This document shows, in pieces, positions 1 through 12,574 of a stretch of DNA of 64,000 nucleotides. The position numbers were made by a program, and so were the translations under genes. The stretch comes from Octopus vulgaris (taxonomy: Eukaryota), in assembly GCA_951406725.2 (NCBI GenBank), contig OX597820.1, forward strand, positions 15,376,001 through 15,440,000. The letters are read 5' to 3'. How positions within the stretch are numbered: the stretch's first letter is position 1; the number at the start of each line of letters is the position of its first letter. Below the pieces are notes generated by a model that had not been told where the DNA came from, ran no database searches, and worked only from the letters and a program-made list of their open reading frames with translations.

Positions 1-11
1 AACAAAAATGA

Positions 12-55
<44 letters not shown>

Positions 56-61
56 TATATA

Positions 62-939
62 CAGGGTGTGATGGGTAAATTGTTGCCATTATATACCTTT
101 AATTTCGGGCATGTAACATTGTTTGTTATTGATTTTGTTGACTACACAGTATAGTAGGGTCAGTTGGGCACCATCTGTGAGAAAAACAGCACCATAGTGC
201 AATTCACTCAGCCAGAAATTTGGAAATGACATGCTGTACTGCTTGGCATTTGCACAAGAAGCTCCAACATGAATGTTTCAGAGTGTTTGGGTGTCAATCT
301 GAGGACATGTACTGAGAGTGATAAAAATCAAACATCCAGTCAACATCATGGTGTTTGGAGTGATCACTAGTGATAGTGACGTTATGCTTCCATTCATCTT
401 CCCACACAGCCTCAAACTCAACACAGAGGCCTACATCAAGTGCCTGGATGAGGTAGTACTGCCCTGGGTGAAGAGGGTGGCTGCTGGAAGACCCTATGTC
501 TGGCAACAGGACTCTGCACCATGCCACACAAGCAAGAGAACCCAGTCCTGGCTGTCAAGACAATTTCTGCGACCACATCACCCCTAACATCTGGCTACCT
601 AACACCCCAGATTGCAACCCGCCTTAATTATTATGTGTGAGGCATAGTTGAGTGAGAGAGATCAACAAAACTCCTTGAAACACAAAAGATGAACTGAGGG
701 CAAGGATTATGGCAGCATTCACTAACTTAAACAAGGAGATTGTCCAGAAGAGCTGCGGGAGATTCTGAAGTCATCTAGAGGCAGTGGATGAAGCTAATGG
801 CAATTTTATTGAATAAATTTACTCTTTAGTATTTCAAGATATTTTTATGTAATTTTGGTAAATATATCTATTAAAATGAGATACCAGTGATATTTTCATT
901 TTTGTGTAACTTAGACGACAATATATTCACCACACCCTC
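62..939 (+). mobile_element. Internally deleted Tc1/mariner (DD37D, maT-like) transposon with transposase catalytic-domain remnant
   Basis: TA-CAGGGTGTGATGGGTAAATTGT left end, imperfect inverted right end (...CACCACACCCT); ORF 318-587 reads VMLPFIF...YVWQQDSAPCH, then frameshifts before a decayed WPPNSPDCNP-like motif; second copy at 25446-26274. Confidence 0.9.
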
Positions 940-1560
940 TTTATACAATATGTGTGTGTGTGTGTGTGTGTGTGTTTAGAGAAAGAGAGAGAGAGATAGG
1001 TAAGAACAATTATTTTGTATATTAACACATTTTGTTTTATTTATGTTATATAATATAAGAAACAAGTTTAGAAAATCTTAAGCAATAAACATTTGATATA
1101 ATAACCAAATACTTATTATTATTATTATATGGCAATGAGCTCTTCTGCTAGTGATGCAAACAAGAGTGCTTATGTGCACCACTAAACCATATGCGACATT
1201 TTTTCATGTTAGCTATTGCAGTATTCTGTGTTCCATTTAATATAATAATATATATAACAACAATTTGATAAATGGCCAAGACAGCAGGCAATACTGTCAA
1301 CTGACTTATCTGTTAGGTTCTATCTACTAAATAGAATACCAAGTACTTTGAAGTGAATTGTATTGACAGACTAGAGCATTTTTTTAAACAGTAAGTATGT
1401 TAAACATAGTTATTATCAAGGTTAATCCTGAAATTGCACAAAAATAATAACTAAATGACAGGTATTTTTTTTTTAATGAGATAGGAAAACATAAATAAAA
1501 ACATGTTTATGTTGATTTTTTTATAACCTACATCTAATACTTAGAAAATATTTGAATTAC

Positions 1561-1800
1561 CCATCATCACCATCATCCTCCTTTAACGTCCATTTTCCAT
1601 GCTGGCATGGATAGGACAGTTTGACCAAAGCTTTCAAGCCAGAGAGCTGCACCAAGTTCCAGTCTCATTTAGCATGGTTTCTATGAGTGAATGCCTTTCT
1701 AAGCATCAACCACTTTATAGTGTGTAGTGGGTGTTTATAACATGGCACCAGCACAAGTGCTTCCATGTGTGGTGCTGGCATGAATGCTTTTTATGTGGTG
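1561..1800 (-). mobile_element. RTE-clade LINE 3' end fragment (family C), degenerate
   Basis: (CAT)n then TTTAACGTCCATTTTCCATGCTGGCATGG; homologous to the 3'UTR of the RT-bearing copy at 43191-44165. Confidence 0.7.
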
Positions 1801-2054
1801 CCAGCACAGGCCTCTGGCAGGCCAGTCTTCTTCACCAAGGAGTACAGCCTTAACACTTCTGCTGTAGAGGATGGATCTTCTTGAGTATCCAGGTCTTCTT
1901 ATTTACTCAGTAAATGAAAATAGGAATAAATCCCTAATAAATTGAAACATAGCCACTAAATCATCAAACACATTTGTATATAACAAGGCACTCGATTAGG
2001 TTTCAAGAACCTCCTACCTATGTTACTTAACCTCTAAGACACATTTATTTCGCA

Positions 2055-2291
2055 TCTTTTGAATCAGTAGATTCAGGGTAACAGCTCCATTGCACATTGA
2101 TAAGACTCACATTCTTACAATTCTAGATTGTCTTGTGATTTGGTTTATCCCTTGAGATTTTGCAGATGCAATTGTATATTTTTAGACTAACATCGTAGGG
2201 TAGGTGTGAGAGGCAGGATTTGGACAGTTTGAACATAAAACAAGAAGAATATTTGGGCCATATGTAGCCAGTTTAAATGCTAAAGAGTTAA
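2055..2291. mobile_element. piggyBac-like MITE family D, degenerate
   Basis: Ends AATGCTAAAGAG-TTAA; body matches 14154-14381 in reverse. Confidence 0.6.
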
Positions 2292-2939
2292 AATGATTGT
2301 TAAACCCAGGGTGGTAATTGAGCGAAGTAAATTTTTAAAAAAGCTTAAATTTGTCTCAGACAGAATTCTATCATCATTTAGGCCAGAGGTTCTAAATTAT
2401 ATATACCTAAACCAAAGAATATACAACACAAATAGAATGGTTACAGCTGATAAGCTTTCTGAATAATAAATTGTGATGAAATACAACAATTAACCACCAT
2501 TTTCAAACAAAATATCTTCACATAAGCTACATTATTTCACTACTCAAATATTTAAGATATAACAAACCTGATGATTATAACTCATTAAAAATGGAACAGT
2601 TTCTTGATAAAACAAATGCCAAATCATGTTTAAAAATAATAATAAAAATAACAAAGTAAATACTGGACAAATGTGATGACTAAGTCGAGACGGGCTTCAA
2701 TTATTAACCTGTTTTCTTATCTTATCAGTTACACGTACACACACAAAAACATAAAGTTGATAGCTGAAAAGTACATGATGAAACATTTTAAAATATATTT
2801 TTGACTATTTTACAGTCAGTTTGCTTTGTTTCCACATGAAAAATGTCTTTCCTTTTTACATTGCAGCTATTGGTATTACAACTAAATGTCTTTTCTTAAT
2901 CATTTTTTAAATTAAATACATGTGACTTTAATTTTATTT

Positions 2940-3585
2940 CATGATGGTGTGTGGTGTGAAGTTTGCTTCCAAACCACATGATTCATGGTTCAGTCCTACT
3001 GAATGGCACCTTGGGCAAGTGACTTCTACTTCAACCCTTTTGATACCAACCTGCTTGAAACTGCCTCTGGCTCTGTAGTACAAATGTCTTGTTTTCAAAA
3101 GTTCTGAATTAAAATCTTCCAAACCTTAGTCATAATTTAAGTTCCTAACACTAGCTTAATGATAACTAAGTTATTTTACTAAATTATTAGTTATATTTAA
3201 AATTAATTGAAAGAAACACAGAGTATCTCAAACAGAAATATGGTAACGAAAGGGTTAACCTCAGGCCAACCAAAGGCCTTGTGAGAGTCAATTTGGTAGA
3301 TGAAAACTGAAGACAGCACAGTGTGTGTGTGTGTGTGTTACAGTCTCCTTGCCTTGACTTTGCATGATAGCTGTAAACAAATACCCACATGACCATCATA
3401 CCAGCAGTGTACATGATTTCTAACCTTCTGTGAACACGTTTCGGCATGGCAAAATATTACCTCATTTTAAAAGAGGCGTGAGTTGGCAACAGGAAAGGTA
3501 TCAGGGTATAAGAAATTTCTGCCTCAACAAATTCCATCTGACGCATGCGAGCATGAAAAAGTGAACATTAAAAATGACGATGATA
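2940..3585 (+). mobile_element. tRNA-derived SINE family B (B2 tail) interrupted by a MITE
   Basis: Head GTGTGTGGTGTGAAG...GGTTCAGTCC, CORE-like CACCTTGGGCAAGTG, tail ending GCATGAAAAAGTGAACATTAAAAATGACGATGA. Confidence 0.75.
3031..3258. mobile_element. piggyBac-like MITE family E inserted in a SINE
   Basis: TCAA-CCCTTTTG...CGAAAGGG-TTAA; the SINE sequence resumes after the TTAA. Confidence 0.85.
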
Positions 3586-3709
3586 AGGAGAGAGTCCCTG
3601 ATTGTTTCCTCATATCACAAAGAAATGGAAGGGGTAATCATCATAATGGATTAACCCTTTAGCATTCAGATTCATTCTGTCAAATGTAATGGGTATCTAT
3701 TCACATTCA

Positions 3710-4095
3710 TCCTTTAACATCCATTGTCCATGTTGGCATGGGTTGGATGGTTTGACTAGGGCTGGGAAGCTGGAAAGCTGCACTAGACTCCAGACTGATT
3801 TGGCATGGTTTCTACAGCTGGATGCCCTTTCTAATGCCAACCACTCCAAGAGTGTAATGGGTGCTTTTATGTGCCACTAGTACGGGTGCCATTTGCGTGA
3901 CACAGTATCTGCCATGGCTACAATTTCACTTGGCTTGATGGATCTTCTCAAGCATGGCATAATGCCAAAGGTTTTAGTCATTTGTCATTGCCTCTGTGAG
4001 GCCCAACACTTGAAAAGTGCTTTTCACATGCCACCAGCATCAGCCACCTTGCCTCTGTGAGGCCTAATGCTCAGAAGGTGCTTTTCATGTGCCAG
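3710..4095 (-). mobile_element. RTE 3' end fragment (family C) abutting a truncated family D MITE end (3651-3710)
   Basis: TTTAACATCCATTGTCCATGTTGGCATGGGTTGGATGG...CTACAGCTGGATGCCC...AACCACTCC. Confidence 0.75.
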
Positions 4096-5059
4096 TTACC
4101 CAATCCATGCTATCATGGAACATGGACATCAAATAATGATGAAGATGATATAGTCTGTGATCATTTGTGTCTACTCCCTCAAACTTTCCCCTTCCAATAT
4201 CAATACAATAATTACAAATGAAAATGTAGGTAAACTTAAATTGAAAAATGTATCTACAAAAAGAAGCTCTCACAAAAATGTATCCACTTTAAAAAAATGC
4301 TGCTTTAATTGTTTATAATGTTAACTAGTTTCCACTTATATAATGAGGTTATTCTATTGAGTGTTATATCAAATATCCAATGAAAGGCTAATGGTTACAT
4401 GTAGAAAGAAAGCTGTCTAGAAAAAGTTACTTATCTATTAAAAAAGCATCATATCCTTTCTTATCTATTAGCTGTAAATCTACTACATACTACATTACAC
4501 TCCTGTTAAAGGATTATTTATTGGAAATGTTATCAGTAAATATTTGATATATACTGGCTGCAAAGTGGCCAGTAGAAAATAGAAATAAATATTCAAAAGT
4601 AGGTCCAACTGAATTTGCTAGTACCAGGAGGCTGTTAGTTGAATAAAGTGTTTAAGATTTGAGGAATAACATTTGCAAAATGTCTTGCATAAATCTGTTG
4701 TCATTTAGATTAGTCTCACATTTGTTTTATAATGCTGATATAAAAGAGAAGGAAAAAATACCACTGGAATTAATTGTGTAAAAAGTACTGATATTTTATG
4801 ACATTAATCAAAGCTGAGACCAGCCATTTCATGTCATCCTATCCATGCTCCCTAGTTTCCTGATAAATAACCTTTTTGGAACCATTTGTAAATTCATGTA
4901 TGTTAATGTAACTACAAAATTTAAGTTTCTGAATAAATGAATCCTATTAGAGTATCAAGTATCAGAGGACTACACATTTTTCTATGAAGTTGCAAATGAT
5001 AAAACAAATGGAGAAAAAACCCCCAAATAATTTAAGGACTAGATATGCACTTCATATTT

Positions 5060-5285
5060 GGAACCTGTCTGTTTCCAAAGAGATGTGATAAGATAAGTGA
5101 AATAGATTCATCATCAACATCACCAATCCTTAGACGTATTCATTTACAGCTGAGTGAACTGGAGCAATGTGAAATGATGTATTCTGCTCAACGGCACAAT
5201 ACATCACCTGGCCCAGGTATCATAACCATAATCTTGTGATCATAAGTTGCAACACCATAACCATTAGACAAGTAAAAATGTGCAA
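5060..5285 (-). mobile_element. Degenerate V-domain-like tRNA SINE
   Basis: Similar to 42853-43115 (CAGCTGAGTGAACTGGAGCAATGTGAAATG...GCTCAACGGCACAA). Confidence 0.55.
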
Positions 5286-5469
5286 TAACAACAACAGAAT
5301 GGTAATGATTTTCATACAACATTTTTTAACATAGGAATTAAGTTGGCTTCTACTGAATTTTTGGATCATAAATAAAATAGCAAAAGGATCTTGACAACTA
5401 GTGAGATTCTGTGCTAGAAAAGATATGTTAGAAAACAAATTCTATGGTTAATTAAAACTTTTAGCACAG

Positions 5470-6098
5470 GTACCCATATGTCGCTTGATGGTGAATGGAA
5501 CTGGGATAAAGCAGAAGGACAGTTTCATATATCTAGGAAGTTGGATAACATCAGATGGCAGGTTAGATAAGGATAGCAAGTGCAGAATTGGATTAGCAAA
5601 GAAGACTTTCATGGATATAAGGAGCATTTTTTTGTGCAAAGAGAATCGGAATGGAAGTCAAGAAAAGACTGTTGAAGTGCTACATCTGGTCGGTGCTAAC
5701 GTATGGATGTGAGTCTTGGACAATAAGCAAAGTCTTGGAGAAGAGACTCAAAGATGCAGAAATGTGGTTTTATAGAAAAATGCTTAGAATCTCATGGGTA
5801 CAGAGGGTGACGAATATGGAAGTGAGGAGACAGTTGATGGATACTATCAGAGAGAGACAGTGGAAATTTGTTGGTGACAGAATGGAGCATTACATGGAGA
5901 CTGAGCTGGTGGGAAGGAGAGCGAGAGGAAGGCAGAAAATGAAGATGTTTGACTGGATGAAGAAGAGAATGAACATGCAGAGCAAGAAAGACCAGGGTGA
6001 TGTTGCGAGAGACAGAAATAAATGGAGGAGGAACAAGTCAAGATTCATCAACGGCATGAATATGCCATGACACGAGAGAGAGAGAGAGAGAGAGAGAG
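5470..6098 (+). mobile_element. RTE-clade LINE 3' fragment (RT C-terminus, frameshifted), (GA)n tail
   Basis: FIYLGSWITSDGR...RIGLAK / KKRLLKCYIWSVLTYGCESWT...EMWFYRKMLRISW...RRARGRQ, typical of the RTE RT C-terminus; splits a family D MITE (5452-5467 + 6099-6319). Confidence 0.9.
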
Positions 6099-6842
6099 CA
6101 CATTTAAACTGACCATATCCAGCCCCCAAATATTCTACCTGTTTTATGTTCAAACTGGCCAATCTGGCCTCTCACACCTGCCCTACAATGTCATTCTAAA
6201 AAAATAAACAAGCATATGATTGAAATCTCATAGCTACAAGGTAATGCAGGATTAATACAAAACAATGTGAATAAATAAACATAACATTTGACAGAGTAAG
6301 CTGAATGCTAGAGGATTAATGAAAAGAGGAAATAAAATCAAAATCTTTTAAGAACTACATATTTATCTTAAAGATAACTGCAGTAAAAACACCAAACACG
6401 GATATCAAAGCTAAGAGTAAATTTACAGAACATTGTGGACACTGTTACAAAAGAAGATAAACTAAAAATTTATATAACTTATCAAAAAGCAAATTTGGTC
6501 AAACTATATATTAAGGTCAACAACCTTATTTCTTCCTTCAAGTAGCTGGATATCTCTTTCTGTTTGTGCGCAGTTTTATACAAGATAAACATTTATTTCA
6601 TACAAATATTGCTTTTCTTTCATGATCCAAGTTTAACAGATGTGAAAAACTCAACACCAAATAAAAGATAATGAATGGAAATAGATTTTAGCTTTTAGAT
6701 CTGAGGATAAATAGTCGTAAATTTAAATCAGGGAGTGTTGGAGTCAAATATTTGAGTTATCTATATGTGGAAACTGAAATGAAAGTTTGAAAAGTTATGA
6801 AGAGCTGAAAAATCTATTGAACGACAATAGAACTCAAAATTT

Positions 6843-6955
6843 TGTGTATGTATGTACGTTTGTATGTATGTATGTACATTTGTATGTATGTATGTATGTA
6901 TGTATGTATGTATGTATGTATGTGTGTGTGTGGGGGGATATATATATATATATAA
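6843..6955. repeat. (TATG)n/(TG)n/(TA)n compound microsatellite
   Basis: Direct inspection. Confidence 0.95.
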
Positions 6956-7084
6956 ATGTAATAATGAATAATAGGAAAGTTTGGTCAAGTAGAAATTTTC
7001 TTGATATAGAAAGTAGCAGTAAGGAGAAAGAGAATAAATTTTTGCTGTACAATTTATTTTTTTTTTGTAAATGATTTAGTCCCA

Positions 7085-7790
7085 AACAAGGCTTGAAGTA
7101 ACAGTAGTGTAAGGGGCTGCAAAGAAAGAAAAGAAGGAGCACACAAATTCAAAAGATATTGATTGATGGAAGCTTAAATATCACAGACCAGAGGAAAAAC
7201 AAGATGATGGTAGTGAGTTTCAGAGAGTAGCAATTTGAGAAGAGAAGCTATTAGAATAAAAAGACTTATCACTAACTGGAAGCTCAACACTTATCACTTA
7301 CTGGGAAGAGAAGTGGGTGACATGTTTAAAGGTCTTGATAGAGTACTAGACCCAAAAGTTCATCAATGCAAGCAATTACTATGGAAATACTTATAGAAAA
7401 GACACAATGAAGATATATTTTCATGAGAAGCTAAAGGCTCCAACCTATTTCTTTACTACCCACAAGGGGCTAAACACAGAGGGGACAAACAAATGGTTTA
7501 AGTCGATTACATCGACCCCAGTGCATAACTGGTACACAAGGACAAACAAATGGTTTAAGTCGATTACATCGACCCCAGTGCATAACTGGTACTTATTTAA
7601 TCGACCCCGAAAGGATGAAAGGCAAAGTCGACCTCGGCGGAATTTGAACTCAGAACGTAGGCGCAGACAAAATACTGCCAAGCATTTCGCCCGACGTGCT
7701 AACGTTTCTGCCAGCTCGCCACCTTCTAAAGGCTCCAACCTACCAGGAAAAAGAAGACTATGTAGTAAACAGCTTGATTCTGAATTTAGT
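7085..7790 (-). mobile_element. Old CR1/L2-group LINE 3' remnant, interrupted by a SINE
   Basis: Minus strand reads RLEPLASHENISSLCLFYKYFHSNC and FYSNSFSSQIATL*NSLPSSCF, matching the LSLFYKY...SFFPRT..LWNSLP C-terminal pattern. Confidence 0.6.
7448..7725 (-). mobile_element. tRNA-derived SINE family A with internal tandem duplication
   Basis: Perfect 17-bp TSD CTAAAGGCTCCAACCTA (7431-7447, 7726-7742); B-box GAGTTCAAATTC; central GCCTTTCATCCTTTCGGGGTCGAT resembles the Meta/MESC SINE domain. Confidence 0.9.
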
Positions 7791-8001
7791 TATATTCTTG
7801 TTACTTGTTACACACCTTCATGCACAGAGATAATTTCATCTGTATAACATTGTTATGCTAGGCTATGAAATATTTCAGTAACAAGGAAATTATTACTGAT
7901 TTCATTTAAAATATTGCTAACCAATATCAACTTTCTAAAATAAGATTAATAATCAATCAATCGATCGAGAAAGAAAGAAGGGGAGAAAGACAGACAGGCA
8001 A

Positions 8002-8004
<3 letters not shown>

Positions 8005-8058
<54 letters not shown>
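8005..8058. repeat. (GA)n microsatellite
   Basis: Direct inspection. Confidence 0.95.
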
Positions 8059-8061
<3 letters not shown>

Positions 8062-8754
8062 TAAGAAATGGCCAAATGAAAGGTGAAAAACATCACAAAT
8101 TTATAAGCGAGTCAGGAGAAGAAAGGATTCCGGCCCTAAATTTAATGATAGAATCTGTAGCGAAAATTGTGGGATTACATCACAAGTTCATCATCATCAT
8201 TGTTTTAGTATCAACATATACATGCTTGCTTGGGTTGAATGGAGCTTATTGAAGCAGATCTTCTACAGCCCAAATGCCATTTCAGTTGCCAACCCTCACC
8301 TGCTTCCAAGCAATGTAATTTGACAGCCATTTAAATCCTTTACACCAAACCATATAATGTATAAAATAAACCTTTCTAAATATTTGTATTGTCATAGCCT
8401 CCAGTTCTTAAATCTTCCATGCTAATTTGTTTGCTTTCACAGATTTTCTTTCTTTCTCTTTTTCTCTTTATTTTTTTTTGTTTTGTTTGAATCAAATCCT
8501 GATAAACATTAAACTATTAAATTAATAAAGCAAAATCAATATTATCACACTAAACAACAGCTGGTTATTTCTGTAGACATAATGTAAAGTATGTAAGATT
8601 AATTTAATAATCTATATTTCTGCACCTGAATACTGAAGATACAGAGGAGATATTTCTTATTAAATAAATTCGGTTTTGTTGTTTTACAATGTATGGTATG
8701 CAGAATAATACAAAATAACTAAAATCCACATTGTTTTTCCCTCTTAATATTAAC

Positions 8755-8968
8755 CAGGGCTGTAGAGTCAAAACAAAAATCTACTTTGACTCCGACTCCT
8801 CTTTATGTAATTAAGTGATTGTAGTTTACATATCTCATAAAGCATATGCATACACTTGTACTTTGAGTAGGCCTATAGGTTATAACTGGTTTATATTAAA
8901 GAATAAAGACATTGTGAATCGGAGTCAGAGTTGATATAGTTTTACTGACTCTGACTCCAACAGCCCTG
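8755..8968. mobile_element. hAT-like MITE
   Basis: CAGGGCTG...CAGCCCTG termini, subterminal GACTCC/GGAGTC repeats, 8-bp TSD ATATTAAC/ATGTTAAC (1 mismatch). Confidence 0.75.
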
Positions 8969-8982
8969 ATGTTAACATTACA

Positions 8983-9200
8983 TTAACCCTTTTGATACCA
9001 ACCTGGCTGAAAGTGCCTCTGGCTCTGTAGCATAAATGTCTTGTTTTCATAAAGTTTTCCACCAAACCTTAGTCACAATTTAGGTTCCTAACACAAACTT
9101 AATAATAATTCAGTTATTTTACTAAATTCTTTGTTATATTTAAAATTAATTGAATGAAACACAGAGCATCTCAAAATAAATACGGTAACGAAAGGGTTAA
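8983..9200. mobile_element. piggyBac-like MITE family E
   Basis: TTAA-CCCTTTTG...CGAAAGGG-TTAA. Confidence 0.9.
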
Positions 9201-9794
9201 AAGAAATAACAGGTGAGAAATTAAACTAAATAATAGATTCTTAAACAAAGCAATAAGTTGGTTCTTCAATACTATCATTTTTCTGCTTTTCATTCTTAAT
9301 CTGACAATCAGCCTATCACCACAACAGCTTGTGAAGTCAATCAAAAGAAACAATGTTTCTTCTGCCAAGTTATAGCTCATTCTGCACTCCTTCGGTTATC
9401 AAAATGGAATCATTCACAGAGTATAATTCAGACATTTGGGAAACTTTCCTATCTTTTTCAATGAGAATATTGGACAAAATCCAAATAGAACCTGCCCACT
9501 TCAGGACCTTACTCTTGGTAAAATTATCAACATATATTTTCAACAACTGCCAAGAGGAACTTGCCTTTGGTGTTCTATTTTTGTATAATGCAGTTAAAAA
9601 AAAATGAAGCTATCAAGTTGACTATAGAAATATACTTATCAACAACACAATTTACCACAATTGTTTTTGGTTTTTTTCCCCTTTCTTAATCTCCCAGAAT
9701 AAACACTTCCATGAAGAACAGTTATCCAACAAAAATTGGTAATTGGTAATATGCTCAGACTATTTTTATTTTTCTGATTTTAGAACAAGAAACA

Positions 9795-10192
9795 CATATG
9801 TGGCTGCATGGTAAGAAATTTATTTCACAACCACATCTTCTTAGGTTTAGTTCCGTGTCTAAGGACCGATCAAAACTTTGTGAGTATATTTGCTAGATAG
9901 AAACTGAAAGAAGTTCCTTGCATGTGTGCATGCACTGTCTCTTTGACTTCAAGTGATAGGTATAATCTGATTGCCATCATCATGTAAGTGATGGTGTTCA
10001 TTACCAAATCATCTGTGAAAATATGTCTTGTCATGGAGTGGGGGGATATAACCTTACTTGGAAACAGGTGAAAGTTGACAACAGGAAAGGCATCCAGCCG
10101 CAGAAAATATGCCTCAACAAATTCCCAAACAAATATGAAAAAGTGAATATTAAAATGATGAAGAAGATGATGATGACGGTGATGATGATCAT
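9795..10192 (+). mobile_element. SINE family B (B2 tail)
   Basis: TGGCTGCATGGTAAGAA head; tail with GGAAAGGCATCCAGCC and (TGA)n. Confidence 0.7.
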
Positions 10193-10494
10193 GATTTCTT
10201 ATTGTATTAAGAATAAATGTAATTTCTTGAGAGATGCAGTTGGCAAATTCTAATGCAAGAAGAGAAACTAAATTCTTGAAGCTAAGTTGGTCCATAGATC
10301 TACTATTTCTGCCAATTCTTTTCTTACATTTGCACAAAGTCAGAAACTCATAAGAGAAGAGAGCTACCTTGCTCATTAAATTAACCCTGTCTATTTATCG
10401 ACTTTAGAGAAACAAAAGAAAGTTAATCCTGGATTTGAACTCCACACACACACAATTTCTATTACTTCATCATATCTTTATTATAGTAACAATC

Positions 10495-10710
10495 CCTTCT
10501 ACTAAAGGAACAAGGCCTGAAATTTGAGAGGAGGGAGATAATCAATTACATAGACCTCAGTGTTCAACCAGTACTCATTTTATCAACCCCAAAAAGATGA
10601 AAGGGAAAGCCAACTTTCACAGGATTTGAACTCAGAGCAAAAAGAGCTTGAAGAAATGCCACTAAGCATTTTTTCCAGCACAAACTATTCGGCCAGATCA
10701 CTGTCTTGAT
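10495..10710 (-). mobile_element. SINE family A, degenerate (tail type 2)
   Basis: AAGATGAAAGG...ATTTGAACTCAGA...CTAAGCATTT. Confidence 0.65.
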
Positions 10711-10744
10711 AATAATAATAACGATACCACCACCACTGACGCTG

Positions 10745-11048
10745 AAACCAGAAAATGGCAGAAATTCAAAAAATAGTGCTCATGGGAACTGCTCATATCC
10801 TGTGTAAAATACTGTCTATGTAATCTCAAATTTTAAGACAAACTTTTAATTTTCTTATGTTTTCTTAAACATTCTCTAGAACAATACCATTTGCAAAACC
10901 AAATATATGACACCCTAGGCATAACACCAACATGAACTTCTAACTTGTTGTCTCTTGGTAAGACTTGGAGTCAACTTATACAAATGCAAAGCAAAAGTTA
11001 AACATATAATAATAATAATAATAATATAATAATAATAATAATAATAAT
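10745..11048 (+). mobile_element. Dong/R4-like non-LTR retrotransposon 3' end with (TAA)n tail
   Basis: 10752-10823 reads KMAEIQKIVLMGTAHILCKILSM*, matching the QK.VL.GTAHILRK.L C-terminus of R4/Dong RLE elements; followed by 3'UTR and (TAA)n. Confidence 0.75.
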
Positions 11049-11515
11049 GGTTTTTAATCTAGACACAAGGCCAGCAATTTTGAGGGAGTGGTTATTAGTT
11101 GATTACACTGACTCCAGTACTTAAATGGTGCTTTTATGTATGAGTGAGTCCTGGAGTGATGAATGGTAAAGTTAACCTCAGCAGGATTTGAACCAACTAG
11201 ATGTAGATTAGATTAAGGAAAGAAAAAATATTGTCTTTCCACCCATGTTCCAACTCATAAATACTTCTACCAAAAAAAAAAGAAGAAGAAAAAAAGAAAA
11301 GAAAAGAAAAAGAAAAAAAAAACCATAAGAGAAGTGTGATTACACAAAGCTAACATTATTTATACAGCTCAGCTTCATTTTGTTATTTTAACTAATCCAT
11401 CACCTCCCACCTATCAAGATACCAAACTTTGAAAATTTTTATATGAAGGAATGTAGACATAATTTGAAGATAGAGAGCTTTTGTTTGGGATTTTTTGTTA
11501 TTTCACCTTTATTAG

Positions 11516-11710
11516 TTAATCCAGAAGCAGCATGAGCAAGGTAAACAACCGAAACGAAGCTTATTCTTCAAAGTCATTTGTCCTAACCCTAATGCAGCTC
11601 TTAAATCCACTGAAGATATTGATAATCCACCTGTTGTTAATTTATTCCCTAATCAGATTTCTTTGAGTGCAAGGCAACAGCCAGGGCAGCTTCATAGCTC
11701 TACAAATTAA
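11516..11710 (+). CDS. Possible terminal coding exon, unknown protein
   Basis: Pyrimidine tract plus AG at 11514-11515, then 64 open codons LIQKQHEQGKQPKRSLFFKVICPNPNAALKSTEDIDNPPVVNLFPNQ...* in non-repeat DNA; no homology recognised. Confidence 0.25.
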   Translation, partial: LIQKQHEQGKQPKRSLFFKVICPNPNAALKSTEDIDNPPVVNLFPNQISLSARQQPGQLHSSTN

Positions 11711-11766
11711 TAATGACATACTGTTGCCTCTGTCTCTTCATTAGTTGATCAAACCATTGTTATTCT

Positions 11767-11998
11767 TATTTCTTTATTGCCCACAAGGGCCCAAACATAG
11801 AGAGGACAAACAAGGACAGACAAATAGATTAAGTCGATTATATCGACCCCAGTGCGTAACTGGTACTTAATTAATCAACCCCGAAAGGATGAAAGGCAAA
11901 GTCGACCTTGGCGGAACTTGAACTCAAAACGTAACAGCAGACAAAATACCGCTAAGCATTTCGCCCAGCGTGCTAACGTTTCTGCCAGCTCACCACCT
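11767..11998 (-). mobile_element. SINE family A
   Basis: Perfect 16-bp TSD AAACCATTGTTATTCT (11751-11766, 11999-12014). Confidence 0.9.
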
Positions 11999-12184
11999 AA
12001 ACCATTGTTATTCTGGTATTGGAAGAGCACAGTTCATGTATGTGTGTGTGTTTGTGTGTTTTGATTGGTTCATTCAATTTTATAGCCCCACCCCACCCAA
12101 TGCTTCCATGGATTAGATGAAAATGCTATTGAGGTATTGTTTATATATCTGGATATCCCCTCCTGTTGCCAATACTTACTTGCT

Positions 12185-12573
12185 ATTCAGATGAGGGGGA
12201 CAATACAAAGTTAGACATAAAGTGTAAGGGTTTACATATAATGAAATGACAAACAAAAAAAAGGAAAGTATACACAGTATACACTGAGAAAGAAGGGACA
12301 TATGTATAGCATACAAAGGTTTTTTTTAAAAAAAAAGCGTCAGGGAGGGGGATAGAGATGTAACCCTCCTGATACAGGAAGGCCTCTAGGGATAATCGAG
12401 TAACCCCACTGTTCGAGATTTCTCTGAAACCCCAGGAGCAAGTGCCCTCTCCAATTCCTTCTTTCCGACTCACAGGTTCACACTTAGAGAGGTATCATCC
12501 ACTCTTGCCATTTTTACAACTTTCACCCACCTTTCAATAAACTCACTCAAGGACAGCACTTCCCTCTCCAATT
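12185..12573 (-). mobile_element. Probable Tx1/L1-like LINE 3' end
   Basis: Minus strand LEREVLSLSEFIERWVKVVKMARVDDTSLSVNL* followed by a T-rich UTR; the ER...F..RW pattern resembles Tx1-type ORF2 ends. Confidence 0.45.
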
Positions 12574-12574
12574 A

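Noticed and set aside
7407-7847. Recurrent RPRKDERQSR peptide as a gene family
   Set aside because: It is the antisense translation of SINE family A.
9353-10376. 84-aa and 168-aa ORFs as genes
   Set aside because: No recognisable motifs; the longer one runs mostly through a SINE.
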